A stretch of DNA of 31,163 nt from a virus (IMGVR_UViG_3300037276_000071:1-31163); one strand, 5' to 3'. Shown: positions 9,810 to 18,521, counted from the first letter of the stretch. Translations and numbers: made by a program. The notes: generated from the sequence alone by a model not told the origin.

Positions 9810-11021
9810 TTATGATAAAACGACAGTCGCATATTGTGGATGCCAAGAGAAGCCACACAATAAGTCAATACGCATATAGTTTTGATAACCAAGAATGTCA
9901 CCCGTTTGCGTAACTGCAAGTGATAGCCCTGTTTCTGGATCTACCGCCACAGATGCATAAGGAACTTGCAATTTGTACAAAGGAGGGCAAACAATATCAA
10001 GCCCACGACTAGGATAAGCCACATTAACGTTGTGACTTCCAATCATTGTAACTGGCGCATTGTCAGGAACAGGGTTACTAACATTTCGGTTAGGATTCGT
10101 TGTGTCTGAAATGATTACAGGACTGACTAGCACAGTTATGTTGCCACCAACATCAGAACTTGCATTGGCCGTAATAACAAATTGCATATCTTGGCCTGTT
10201 GATGCACGCCCAACTGGGTTAACAGATTGAACACCTGCAATTGAGATTAGATCGCCAACTAAGAAATAATTGGTTACACTAGCCGTTGCGCCATTCATAA
10301 CAATTGTATTACCGGAGGACACAGCGCCATTCACTAACAAATCATCGGATGAATGCAATTGTGGACCTGCACCAGCAATATGATGCTTAATGTTCTGAGA
10401 TTGGAAAATGTCAAAATACGACAAGTGCCCAATTGCTGATGAACGCACGATATCTTCGTTGAATACTGGAGTGAAGTTATTCAGTAAAGCGCCTTTTAAC
10501 GAGCTACCATCTCGAACTGTCATTGCCATGTAAGCATCAGATGCGATATTGACACCTTGCTCCAGCAATTTAGCACCCGCCGTATCAACGGTAGTAAATG
10601 AGTTAATCGGTACGCCTGCTGTACCGGTAAAGAAATTCAATTCAGATTCGGCTGCACTTCCAATATCTTTTTCCATCTGTGTAATCATTTCCTGAATTGC
10701 GGGAGCAATAAACAGACGGGAAAAGTCTTCAATACGTAAAGATAAATCTTGAATGGTATAAGCAATCAATGCGTTATATTGATGCGCAATAACGATTGTC
10801 TCTACAGTTTCAATGATTGATTGGGGCGTTGCAACGCTACCATCACCAACGATAAAATGGTTTTGTCTACGAACTTGTAACGTATCACCGATTTTATACC
10901 CAGAAGATACAAAATCGTCTTGATAAATTCTGCTTGCTGTCATAACAAATGGTGCATTATTTGCAAACATTGCTAGAGCGGTGTTCGATACTAAATCGGT
11001 TGTAATAAATTGGTTAGCCAT
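9810..11021 (-). CDS. Major capsid protein, P22 coat family
   Basis: 'MANQFIT...KIGDTLQVRR...GDLISIAGVQSVNP...RIDLLCGF...P' matches the P22 gp5-type coat; follows the scaffold. Confidence 0.9.
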   Translation of the reverse strand: MANQFITTDLVSNTALAMFANNAPFVMTASRIYQDDFVSSGYKIGDTLQVRRQNHFIVGDGSVATPQSIIETVETIVIAHQYNALIAYTIQDLSLRIEDFSRLFIAPAIQEMITQMEKDIGSAAESELNFFTGTAGVPINSFTTVDTAGAKLLEQGVNIASDAYMAMTVRDGSSLKGALLNNFTPVFNEDIVRSSAIGHLSYFDIFQSQNIKHHIAGAGPQLHSSDDLLVNGAVSSGNTIVMNGATASVTNYFLVGDLISIAGVQSVNPVGRASTGQDMQFVITANASSDVGGNITVLVSPVIISDTTNPNRNVSNPVPDNAPVTMIGSHNVNVAYPSRGLDIVCPPLYKLQVPYASVAVDPETGLSLAVTQTGDILGYQNYMRIDLLCGFSWHPQYATVVLS

Positions 11022-11103
11022 TGGCTCGGTCTCCACTTAGTCCATTAAATGGCACCTGGCCGTATCATCGGGTTTCTAGAGTTTTATCCTTAAAACCCCG
11101 CAT

Positions 11104-11952
11104 CTACTTCCATGTGCCAGCTTTCATACGCGCCCTTATAGTTGAAGGAGGCGTTTTGTCCGTAATTGACGCTGATGAATGAGCCGGATTTTGTTTGAGC
11201 GTTCCTAGTGGACTCGCTTTAGAGTGGCTTGATGATTTCGCATCTTTTCCGCCCATCAAACTAAATGACAACTTATTCACTTCACGTGCTTGATCTAGTG
11301 GGTGGAGTCTTGAAATTCTTTCGAGTTCAGATTTGTTTTTGCCCAATTTGTAAGCCACTTCAGCTGGATTCTCAATGAGTAACAGTGCATCCCGCACATG
11401 ATGCGAAAACGGAATATCATCGCCTCGCACTACCTCATCAAAATCATCGTACTTATCAGAAGCTTTGTCGAATTCGTCATTTAAGCGTTGATATTGCTTA
11501 TGTACGTGATTCGCATGCTGTGCTTCTTTAGCTTGTCTCTCTTCGTGGTCCTTCGCGCCAAGAGCAAACCGTACGGCCTTGTGTATTCGCTCCTCTTCTG
11601 ACATTCCAGGAGAGCTAGGCTGTCCAGGTGATGCATAAGGATTGCTACTATGGCTTTGATGATTAGCTGGATTAGCCGAATCCATATTAGCATTTTGAAA
11701 TTGAGCTTGCATTTGCATCATCTGCTCTTGCATTTGCCTAATTTCTCGCTGATGTTTCTTCGCCTGCATGCCTAGTCGTTTTTTTATTACGACTGATGGA
11801 TCATCCTGTCCTGCGTTTTCCTGTTCAACTGCATTGGCTTCCGCCTCATCAGAGTAACCAGGATCTACAGCACCTGTTTGTCCATCTTCATCATCACCGC
11901 TTACTTGTCCTGCAAAAGCATTTCTGTCATCGTCCATGACTTCGTTCTCCAT
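11104..11952 (-). CDS. Scaffolding protein
   Basis: Acidic disordered N-terminus, coiled coil, 'KYDDFDEVV...PAEVAYKLGKN'; between portal and coat. Confidence 0.8.
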   Translation of the reverse strand: MENEVMDDDRNAFAGQVSGDDEDGQTGAVDPGYSDEAEANAVEQENAGQDDPSVVIKKRLGMQAKKHQREIRQMQEQMMQMQAQFQNANMDSANPANHQSHSSNPYASPGQPSSPGMSEEERIHKAVRFALGAKDHEERQAKEAQHANHVHKQYQRLNDEFDKASDKYDDFDEVVRGDDIPFSHHVRDALLLIENPAEVAYKLGKNKSELERISRLHPLDQAREVNKLSFSLMGGKDAKSSSHSKASPLGTLKQNPAHSSASITDKTPPSTIRARMKAGTWK

Positions 11953-12024
11953 CTCGACACATTCTGTGTCCTAGACCATACGGTAGGCCTGAAACCCTAA
12001 GGGATCCTTCCCCTGTTCTTTACA

Positions 12025-12052
12025 ATTATAGGCCAATAAGTTTAATGTTAAA
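12025..12052 (-). promoter_or_regulatory. Possible internal promoter for scaffold and coat
   Basis: Perfect TATAAT (12030-12025) with weak TTTAAC 16 bp upstream, in the portal-scaffold gap. Confidence 0.45.
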
Positions 12053-12078
12053 GCCCATAGGTATACCTAAAACCACTT

Positions 12079-14280
12079 CTATTGTTTTTTATGCGGATGA
12101 TTATGCCGGTGGATATCAGATAAAACTGACGCGATTGTTGATGAAAAGTCCTTCTCTACTTTGTCTGCATCCAGTAATAATTTACCGTGATCAATTTTAA
12201 TTTTCTGCTGTTCCAGTCCCATTTTAGATTGCATTTGTTTAGCTTTTAGAATCATTTCAGCCTGCTCTAGCATATGTTTTTCTTTTCTAATTCTAAGCTC
12301 TTCCATGCGCTCCATGAGTGCTTGTTCTTCAAGATGCATTTTTTGTTCATTCATCATCATTTGTTGCTCTTGCATCTTCATTTGTTGTTCGGCCATCATT
12401 TGCTGAGGATTTGGTTTAGGAGGAGGCGCTGGCTTACCTTCTTCTTTAGCCAATATTTCTGGAGGAACTAAATTCTTAAACCGTTCTGCCATAAGCGGCA
12501 TAAATTGAACATCTAGATTTTTAGCCCATAAATCAGCAATCAATGGGAAAGCTTGGGGATAAACTGCCAGTGTTTCTTGCATGAACTCTAATGACACTTC
12601 TTTTTGCACTGCGAAACTTGGTCCTGTATCAATTTCAATGTCATAATTTCCGCGATCTAATACATTTTCAAGAGTGGGCTTGCCATTCTCATCCTCTCCA
12701 ATGTTTTTATTAAGCGTGATTGATTCGGTTCGTCCATCAATTTTTGATATGACCATATGCCGTTCATTTTCTCCTGCAATAACTGGCAACAGGTCAAGTA
12801 CTACACGTCCACCTTGTTCAATCGCTTGATTTAGGTTATCAAACCAGACATAGGCCGACATAGAGCCCTCTAACTTCCTTTCGCGTCTCGCTTTGCCGGA
12901 CATATCGTGTCCCTGGAGCGCTTCATTTTCAGAAAAGCCAAGTATTTCGCGTATATCTTGGCCGCCACGTTGGAATTGTTGCAACAATGTACTGGACAAT
13001 TCCCACGCTTGCATTTTCTGAGGCATTGATCCCGTTTTTGGATCGGGTTTTGCTATCAACATTCCTGATTGTAATTCAGGATTACGCCACATTTGTTCTT
13101 GACCTAAAATATTGTCCGCAGTTCCTATCCATTGTTCACGTCGTCTATTTTTAATCTCTGCTGCAATTTCCGAACCAACATAGTTTATAAATTTCTGTGC
13201 GTCTTTTGCTTCATGGATGAATGACCGCGTGTACTGCTGTCCATTGATAAAGTTTGAGTTTCCATCCACAAATATAATTGGCAAGTATTTAGATGGCCAT
13301 TCCGTAAACTCAATGATTTGATTCTGAGTGAGAACGTATTGCCTAATCTTGTAATCTTTACTCATTCGTTCGCCAACAATCATAGGAATAGTTTTTCTAA
13401 TAATATCGCCTACTATTTCTGATGCATCAGCTAACTCATTTTGCATTTTGATTTCAGGTTGCATTTCCTCCCATTCATCTTCAGTGACCGATTGGCCATC
13501 AGATAATAAATATAGTTTTAAAGGAAACCACTCTTTACGCGTATACTTACATACCACGATTGTATCGCGTGTTTCCCATTGAAAATCAAGCAGTGATCTA
13601 GGGTCAGCATAAGACACAGGGTTAAGGATATGAGGGTAAGTTGCATAAAACTCTTCCTTTGTGTATACATATTGTCTAGCGCAAAAGTTTCCATCTCCTT
13701 TATGCGGTTTCATTGCCGTGGGATCAAATGACGTACGTGTTACATCAGGAATTAATTCATATCGGATCACCTGATTGAATGATTTTGGATTTTCATACTC
13801 TAGACTAATTTCAAACGCACCATACCCCATCATGAGTGCTTGATTAAATGCAGATTGATAAACTAAATCATTTTCAGATTGATAAGATATTGTCCTAACT
13901 AAGTCAGCCCTTAAATCAATTTGTTTTTGATCTGCTTGACCTGTTAAGGAACGTACCATTAAATCGGGTTTATTTTTTCGTTGTTCACCGGCTACTTTTT
14001 TAACGGGGTCATAAAGTTTATTGAATGTCATAGCGGGTTTGAATAAGCGGCTAAATTCAGATCGCTCTACCGCAGACCATTGGTCCCGCAATAAGAAATT
14101 CATGTCATCTTTACCACGTACTGAGTTCTCGCCGAAATATCCATCCCAAAGCACCATGTCATCACGGGCTTGTTTCAATACTTCAGCTTCGTCAATACCT
14201 GCTTCGTTTAGTCGTTCGATTAAATCGTCATTAAGTGCATTAACTTCTTCGACGTTTCGCTCATGAGCAATGATTTCCAT
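12079..14280 (-). CDS. Portal protein, P22 gp1-like
   Basis: About 730 aa; 'DQWS...KPAMTFNKL...VAGEQRKN', 'KDAQKFINY', 'SGKA', 'YDIEIDTGPSF' and Q/M-rich C-terminal coiled coil. Start 14280 or 14295. Confidence 0.9.
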   Translation of the reverse strand: MEIIAHERNVEEVNALNDDLIERLNEAGIDEAEVLKQARDDMVLWDGYFGENSVRGKDDMNFLLRDQWSAVERSEFSRLFKPAMTFNKLYDPVKKVAGEQRKNKPDLMVRSLTGQADQKQIDLRADLVRTISYQSENDLVYQSAFNQALMMGYGAFEISLEYENPKSFNQVIRYELIPDVTRTSFDPTAMKPHKGDGNFCARQYVYTKEEFYATYPHILNPVSYADPRSLLDFQWETRDTIVVCKYTRKEWFPLKLYLLSDGQSVTEDEWEEMQPEIKMQNELADASEIVGDIIRKTIPMIVGERMSKDYKIRQYVLTQNQIIEFTEWPSKYLPIIFVDGNSNFINGQQYTRSFIHEAKDAQKFINYVGSEIAAEIKNRRREQWIGTADNILGQEQMWRNPELQSGMLIAKPDPKTGSMPQKMQAWELSSTLLQQFQRGGQDIREILGFSENEALQGHDMSGKARRERKLEGSMSAYVWFDNLNQAIEQGGRVVLDLLPVIAGENERHMVISKIDGRTESITLNKNIGEDENGKPTLENVLDRGNYDIEIDTGPSFAVQKEVSLEFMQETLAVYPQAFPLIADLWAKNLDVQFMPLMAERFKNLVPPEILAKEEGKPAPPPKPNPQQMMAEQQMKMQEQQMMMNEQKMHLEEQALMERMEELRIRKEKHMLEQAEMILKAKQMQSKMGLEQQKIKIDHGKLLLDADKVEKDFSSTIASVLSDIHRHNHPHKKQ

Positions 14281-14312
14281 GTATTCCCCATCCATTGGGT
14301 TAATTATCCATA

Positions 14313-14369
14313 AAGAATGACTTAAACACTTCTATGCCTAAGTCATTCTAAAACCTCTAAACTAAGAGG
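14313..14369 (-). terminator. Terminator-like hairpin plus a long inverted repeat upstream of the portal
   Basis: CCTCT-tagttt-AGAGG-TTTT immediately after the 14373 stop, then AGAATGACTTA...TAAGTCATTCT (11-bp perfect stem). Confidence 0.55.
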
Positions 14370-14372
14370 GTA

Positions 14373-14621
14373 TTATTCTGCGGGTGATGCGTCAATAGCT
14401 TCTACAGGTGCTACAGCAGCAACGAAAGGCATCCAGTCATCAGCCCAAAAGTCATCGACTGAAAAAATAAAGTTACCTGCATTAGGATTAGGTATTAACA
14501 CGATTTTCCAAACATACTGCATACCTGTCATTAATTGTAAATAACCATCTTGTTCAGACCAATTTCCTCTAACCATAGGAACACCATTTTGCAGTTGAAC
14601 TAATGCATCTTGAAATAACAT
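14373..14621 (-). CDS. DUF2829 / Thoeris anti-defence 2 (Tad2)-like protein
   Basis: 'MLFQDALVQLQNGVPMVRGNW...FSVDDFWADDW' fits the F..AL..L..G..V.R..W and D..A.DW signature; AAGGAG RBS. Confidence 0.65.
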   Translation of the reverse strand: MLFQDALVQLQNGVPMVRGNWSEQDGYLQLMTGMQYVWKIVLIPNPNAGNFIFSVDDFWADDWMPFVAAVAPVEAIDASPAE

Positions 14622-14654
14622 CTTCACTTCTCCTTGTTGTTTAAAATAATTTAA

Positions 14655-14738
14655 TCAATCAGATTCTCTAGCCATCCTACCGCCATAGCCAGAACCATCA
14701 CCATCACCATATTCCGGGTTATATAGTTCAGTCGTCAT
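14655..14738 (-). CDS. Gly-rich peptide 3 (27 aa, MTTELYNPEYGDGDGSGYGGRMARESD)
   Basis: ATGA overlap with the stop of 14735..14983; first 11 aa identical to peptide 2. Confidence 0.55.
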   Translation of the reverse strand: MTTELYNPEYGDGDGSGYGGRMARESD

Positions 14739-14999
14739 CTAGATTCCCCAGAGCCAAAGACAGAGCCAGAGCCCATACCATAGCCAGAACCAGATCCACA
14801 ACCATAGTCATTACCAGATCCAGAACTAGAACCAAAACCATATTCATTACCAGATACACAACCAGAACCATCCCCACTTGCGGAGCTTTCACCACAACCC
14901 GCACCAGATCCAGAACCATAGTCATAAAAAAAGTAATCGATAAATCCCGTACCATATTCCGGGTTATATAGTTCAGTCGTCATCTAGATTCCCCAGAGC
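14706..14999. repeat. Perfect 49-bp direct repeat (14706-14754 and 14951-14999), with a 13-bp partial copy at 15400-15412
   Basis: ACCATATTCCGGGTTATATAGTTCAGTCGTCATCTAGATTCCCCAGAGC occurs twice; it encodes the junction SGESR-stop/MTTELYNPEYG. Confidence 0.95.
14735..14983 (-). CDS. Gly-rich peptide 2 (82 aa, G-X repeats)
   Basis: MTTELYNPEYG...GSGSGAGCG...GSGESR; ATGA overlaps at both ends. Confidence 0.7.
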   Translation of the reverse strand: MTTELYNPEYGTGFIDYFFYDYGSGSGAGCGESSASGDGSGCVSGNEYGFGSSSGSGNDYGCGSGSGYGMGSGSVFGSGESR

Positions 15000-15078
15000 T
15001 ACAGCCAGAGTCAGAGCCAGAGCCAAAACCATAGCCAAAACCGTCGCAATAATCCAAGGAATAACCCAAGGAATAACC

Positions 15079-15420
15079 TTATTCATAACTATCATCACTA
15101 TTAGATCCGGCGCCATTACCAGAGCCAGAGCCATCACCCCATCCATAGCCGGAGCCAGAGCCATTTTCATAGCCAGAGTCATCGCCATACCCAGAACCAT
15201 AGCCATCGCCACAGCCATAGCCATCGCCATAGCCATAGCCATAGCCAGAGCCAGATCCATAGCCATAGCCATAGCCATCGCCATAGCCAGATCCAGAGCC
15301 AGATCCAGAGCCATAGCCATAGCCATCGCCATAGCCATCGCCACAGCCATAGCCATCGCCATAGCCATAGCCATAGCCAGAGCCATAGCTAGAGCCAAAG
15401 TTATATAGTTCAATGCTCAT
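15079..15420 (-). CDS. Gly-rich peptide 1 (113 aa, GYG/GSG/GDG repeats); frame continues past the TAA to 14980
   Basis: TAATG coupling with the upstream gene; MSIELYNF leader; built from 6-nt units GGCTAT/GGCTCT/GGCGAT. Confidence 0.75.
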   Translation of the reverse strand: MSIELYNFGSSYGSGYGYGYGDGYGCGDGYGDGYGYGSGSGSGSGYGDGYGYGYGSGSGYGYGYGDGYGCGDGYGSGYGDDSGYENGSGSGYGWGDGSGSGNGAGSNSDDSYE

Positions 15421-15719
15421 TAAGCAGACCAGACCGGAACGCTTAATATACTCAATCGTGCGGCTTCTGTTACATCTAATATCTCAATGACATCTAATAC
15501 CTCAACTCTGTCAACTTCACATGGGAATTTGCATTTCTCAGGCAGTTTGGTGCCTTCCATTGCTAGTTGACTTAGACTTGCTGCGCCGTGCCACATCCAC
15601 AGTCTACGTGCGTTTTTTAGAACAACTTCTTGGCCATTCCTTTGCTCTAAAAACCCAGCAAAGCATCCGGCATAATTAGAGCGTACAATTACATATTTTT
15701 TTTCATTACTTTGAGTCAT
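15420..15719 (-). CDS. Small protein with Sm/LSm-like strand pattern (recalled as DUF6948-like)
   Basis: 'KKYVIVRSNYAGCFAGFLEQRNGQEVVLKNARRLW.W.GA.SLSQLA' pattern seen in phage proteins next to Gly-rich ORFs; AGGA RBS. Confidence 0.65.
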   Translation of the reverse strand: MTQSNEKKYVIVRSNYAGCFAGFLEQRNGQEVVLKNARRLWMWHGAASLSQLAMEGTKLPEKCKFPCEVDRVEVLDVIEILDVTEAARLSILSVPVWSA

Positions 15720-15755
15720 ATTAGATCCTATTTTATTGATTTTAAATTATGTTAT

Positions 15756-16025
15756 TTATGGCAAAACCGTTAACTGGCAAGAGCCATTTGAGAATACAGG
15801 TTTAAAAATTTGATGGCCATCTGATGCGACAGTTAATACGAAATCAGTGGGTAATAATGCAATATTTTGAGTATGAAGAAATTGATCTAAAAATCCTGCT
15901 GTGGAAACTTGCTCTAATGTTGCATTGGGGCAATATAATCTACCATCCCGTGGAACAACGCCGTTAGCTTGTCCTGCAAAATTTAATATTAATGTAATTT
16001 GATCTTGTTCTGATTTACTAAACAT
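15756..16025 (-). CDS. Hypothetical protein (89 aa)
   Basis: AAGGA RBS; globular composition; no recognised family. Confidence 0.7.
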   Translation of the reverse strand: MFSKSEQDQITLILNFAGQANGVVPRDGRLYCPNATLEQVSTAGFLDQFLHTQNIALLPTDFVLTVASDGHQIFKPVFSNGSCQLTVLP

Positions 16026-16047
16026 GGGTTTGATCCTTAGTTAATAT

Positions 16048-16197
16048 TTAATCACAGTCACAATTTATACATCTATGACATTCGTTTACAGCGTCACACT
16101 TTTCTAATTTTTTTTCTAGTGCATTAATTCTTGAGTGCAAGTCCATGACTTCTAGCAATAACTCTTTTATATCATTATTTAAAATATTATTTTCCAT
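16048..16197 (-). CDS. 49-aa coiled-coil peptide with Cys-rich tail
   Basis: MENNILNNDIKELLLEVMDLHSRINALEKKLEKCDAVNECHRCINCDCD; starts 3 nt after the previous stop. Confidence 0.55.
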   Translation of the reverse strand: MENNILNNDIKELLLEVMDLHSRINALEKKLEKCDAVNECHRCINCDCD

Positions 16198-16199
16198 TT

Positions 16200-16352
16200 T
16201 TATCTATCTGATCTAGATTCGAGTAAAATATCATAACGTTTCATGACGCGAATAAAAATAGTGTTGTGTTCATGTTGGCATAGCTCACACATTTTATTTT
16301 CATTATACTCATCAACATATTTACTACAAAATCTACAGCGTACTTTTTGCAT
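16200..16352 (-). CDS. 50-aa zinc-finger-like peptide
   Basis: MQKVRCRFCSKYVDEYNENKMCELCQHEH...; two CxxC motifs; TAATG coupling with the terminase stop. Confidence 0.6.
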   Translation of the reverse strand: MQKVRCRFCSKYVDEYNENKMCELCQHEHNTIFIRVMKRYDILLESRSDR

Positions 16353-17908
16353 TAAAATATCCTCATGATAGGGTTAAACATATCAATATCTTTTTTGTCT
16401 ATCATTTTATCGGATGCAATCCTATCACTTGCCATTTCAAGACATGCATATCCTAGCGCATCCATACAGTGACTCGACATATTTTTATTAGGTTTATCTT
16501 TATAACGTTCTTCACCTGAAACAGCTAATCGAGCAAATACGTAATCTTTTACAAATCCTTTGAACAATGACGGACATTTTCGCCTATCAAGAACGAGACT
16601 TGGCTTACCATCAACCATTTTGTTTAAAAAGTACCTCACAGAAGCAAGACGAGGATCAATATCATTAGTACGAGAAGCAACTGTATAAATTCCAAGACTA
16701 CTGAGTTCACCAATACATGACATTTCCTCAATAATTTCATTTCGCGCATTCCCCGCTGGATCGGCTACAGATGTTCTGACTTTACAATAAGGAAAATCTT
16801 TTGCAATACTAGGAATTACAATGTTTTCCGCAAAAGTCCTAATTCCCATTCCATCGCCTTGATACTCTTTGAGGATTAGTAACTGGCCCCTGGCTGATAA
16901 TTGCACAACAACACAAGCTGGAGTCAGCCCAAAATCCCAGCCCAATATTAATCCTTCCCCTTGAATTGCATCAAGTGAATCTAGCGCATGAAAGTCTGGA
17001 TTAAATTCAGGGTACACCCGCTTACCAAAACCGACAGCACCATATTCTCCAAGACAAAAAACTTTGATGAACTCCTGGGATTGTCCTTCTGCCAGCATTT
17101 CGTAGTAATTATCAGGTAAATGACTAGCATTATCAGCATCAGGATTTCGCACATACTTATTATCGTCATTTTTTATTAGCCCGGGCGGTTGTTTAAAAAG
17201 CCTATGGTGCTCATACTTGTTTTGCTCAAAGTCTTTAAAAATCCAGTGATCGTCTTCGGGTGGATTCGTATCGGCAATAATGCCAGACCAATATGGTTCA
17301 GTACAAAACGCTTTAGAAGGGTAACGATTTACTCGCCCTTTCATGTGTGCTAACGCCGCATGCGGGACTTCGGAAAGCTCGTTAATGTAGCACCCTGTCA
17401 ACTCTAGCGATTTAATCTTTCGTACGTCCTCAGGCCTATCTAATGCGATAAATAGCAATTCAAGCTCTACTATCCCATTGCCATCATTAAATGAATGTTC
17501 GTAAGTTAACAATGGTTTTTGACGTTTACGAATATCACCTAATTCGCCAAACCATGACAGCCATGACGCAAGTGTTGTACTACTTAATTCGCCTGTTGTA
17601 TTTCGTACGATTGCCCATCTGCTGCGCCGTCGTCCTGCATGCCACACTGGTCCTGCACAGGCTCGCTTGACAATTTCAGTAATAGCCCATGTACTCTTGC
17701 CGCTTCCGTAAGGGCCCATGATGACACGCACAAAGTTATTATCGAGGTGAGCAAGGTTGCCAGTATGAGTAGGTACATAGATTTTATCGCCGTCGTTAGC
17801 ATGTATCACCATTCCATTGTTGTTAATAGAGATTTGTTTTTGCACACCTTTTTTACACTGCAGCTCGATGTCTGCGATTCGCTTTCTAATTTGCGATGCA
17901 CTCATCAT
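16352..17908 (-). CDS. terL: Terminase large subunit
   Basis: Walker A GPYGSGKS, Walker B variant CYINE, coupling motif DTNPP, nuclease motifs GWDFG and SHCMDALGY. Confidence 0.92.
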   Translation of the reverse strand: MMSASQIRKRIADIELQCKKGVQKQISINNNGMVIHANDGDKIYVPTHTGNLAHLDNNFVRVIMGPYGSGKSTWAITEIVKRACAGPVWHAGRRRSRWAIVRNTTGELSSTTLASWLSWFGELGDIRKRQKPLLTYEHSFNDGNGIVELELLFIALDRPEDVRKIKSLELTGCYINELSEVPHAALAHMKGRVNRYPSKAFCTEPYWSGIIADTNPPEDDHWIFKDFEQNKYEHHRLFKQPPGLIKNDDNKYVRNPDADNASHLPDNYYEMLAEGQSQEFIKVFCLGEYGAVGFGKRVYPEFNPDFHALDSLDAIQGEGLILGWDFGLTPACVVVQLSARGQLLILKEYQGDGMGIRTFAENIVIPSIAKDFPYCKVRTSVADPAGNARNEIIEEMSCIGELSSLGIYTVASRTNDIDPRLASVRYFLNKMVDGKPSLVLDRRKCPSLFKGFVKDYVFARLAVSGEERYKDKPNKNMSSHCMDALGYACLEMASDRIASDKMIDKKDIDMFNPIMRIF

Positions 17909-18099
17909 TTATCTAAAATCTTCTTGGGTTGTGGTGTTTTATAATCAGATCGCTTGTAATTTTCCCTCGAATGCTCTTGAGTTGTAAAACGTGTACCGCA
18001 TCGAATGCACTCACGTCGACGATAAATCTGATTAAGTTTGTCATCTTGAGTTGTCTTAACAACACAGGTATCAGGATAATCACACGAAGTACATTGCAT
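17905..18099 (-). CDS. Stand-alone NrdR N-terminal-like zinc-ribbon protein
   Basis: MQCTSC..DTCVVKT...RRRECIRCGTRFTTQE closely follows the NrdR zinc ribbon; no ATP-cone; ATGA overlap with terL. Confidence 0.8.
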   Translation of the reverse strand: MQCTSCDYPDTCVVKTTQDDKLNQIYRRRECIRCGTRFTTQEHSRENYKRSDYKTPQPKKILDK

Positions 18100-18237
18100 T
18101 TATCGTCTAACTCCACGTAATGTTTTTATCATCGTTGATTTAGTCAGTGTAGGAATATGTTCATTCAAACTCGATTTATCTTTGCTCTTTTTGGGTTCTT
18201 TTGTAGACGGAGTCCATTTATTTCTTATCGATTCCAT
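18100..18237 (-). CDS. 45-aa basic hypothetical peptide
   Basis: MESIRNKWTPSTKEPKKSKDK...LRGVRR; AAGGA RBS; stop abuts the next ATG. Confidence 0.6.
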   Translation of the reverse strand: MESIRNKWTPSTKEPKKSKDKSSLNEHIPTLTKSTMIKTLRGVRR

Positions 18238-18293
18238 GCTGATCCTTTGTATTCAATCCAACAGGTGTGCAATCAATAAATAGCACACCACAC

Positions 18294-18521
18294 TCAGGGC
18301 ATTGTCCGCTTACTTTTTTTTCGACTCAATACTTTATCTGCTTTGGCATCAATCTTTTCTTCCGATGACTTGGAGAGCTTACCTTTGTTCACCATTTCAG
18401 AAGCGCGTGCTTTTGCATTTGCGGCTCTTGCTTTGGTATCAACCGGATATTTCCTAGATTCCGGTAAAGCAAATTCGCCCTTAGGGAGTTTCTTACGTTC
18501 TTTGGTATCTAACTTAGCCAT
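18294..18521 (-). CDS. Small basic phage protein
   Basis: 'RKKLPKGEFALPESRKYPV...AANAKAR' motif recurrent in phage head modules. Confidence 0.75.
   Translation of the reverse strand: MAKLDTKERKKLPKGEFALPESRKYPVDTKARAANAKARASEMVNKGKLSKSSEEKIDAKADKVLSRKKSKRTMP

Noticed and set aside
14706-14999. 49-bp repeats as a CRISPR array
   Set aside because: Only two full copies, a 196-bp coding spacer and no cas genes.
14973-15413. 146-aa (MA/LA)n ORF, and the similar 14728..14955 ORF
   Set aside because: Shadow frames of the GGCTAT/GGCTCT hexamers; they lack an ATG start and RBS, whereas the Gly frame is translationally coupled.
17370-17400. Terminase Walker B reading INE rather than DE as a sign of inactivation
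   Set aside because: The other ATPase and nuclease motifs are intact, and an NE variant occurs in this terminase subgroup.
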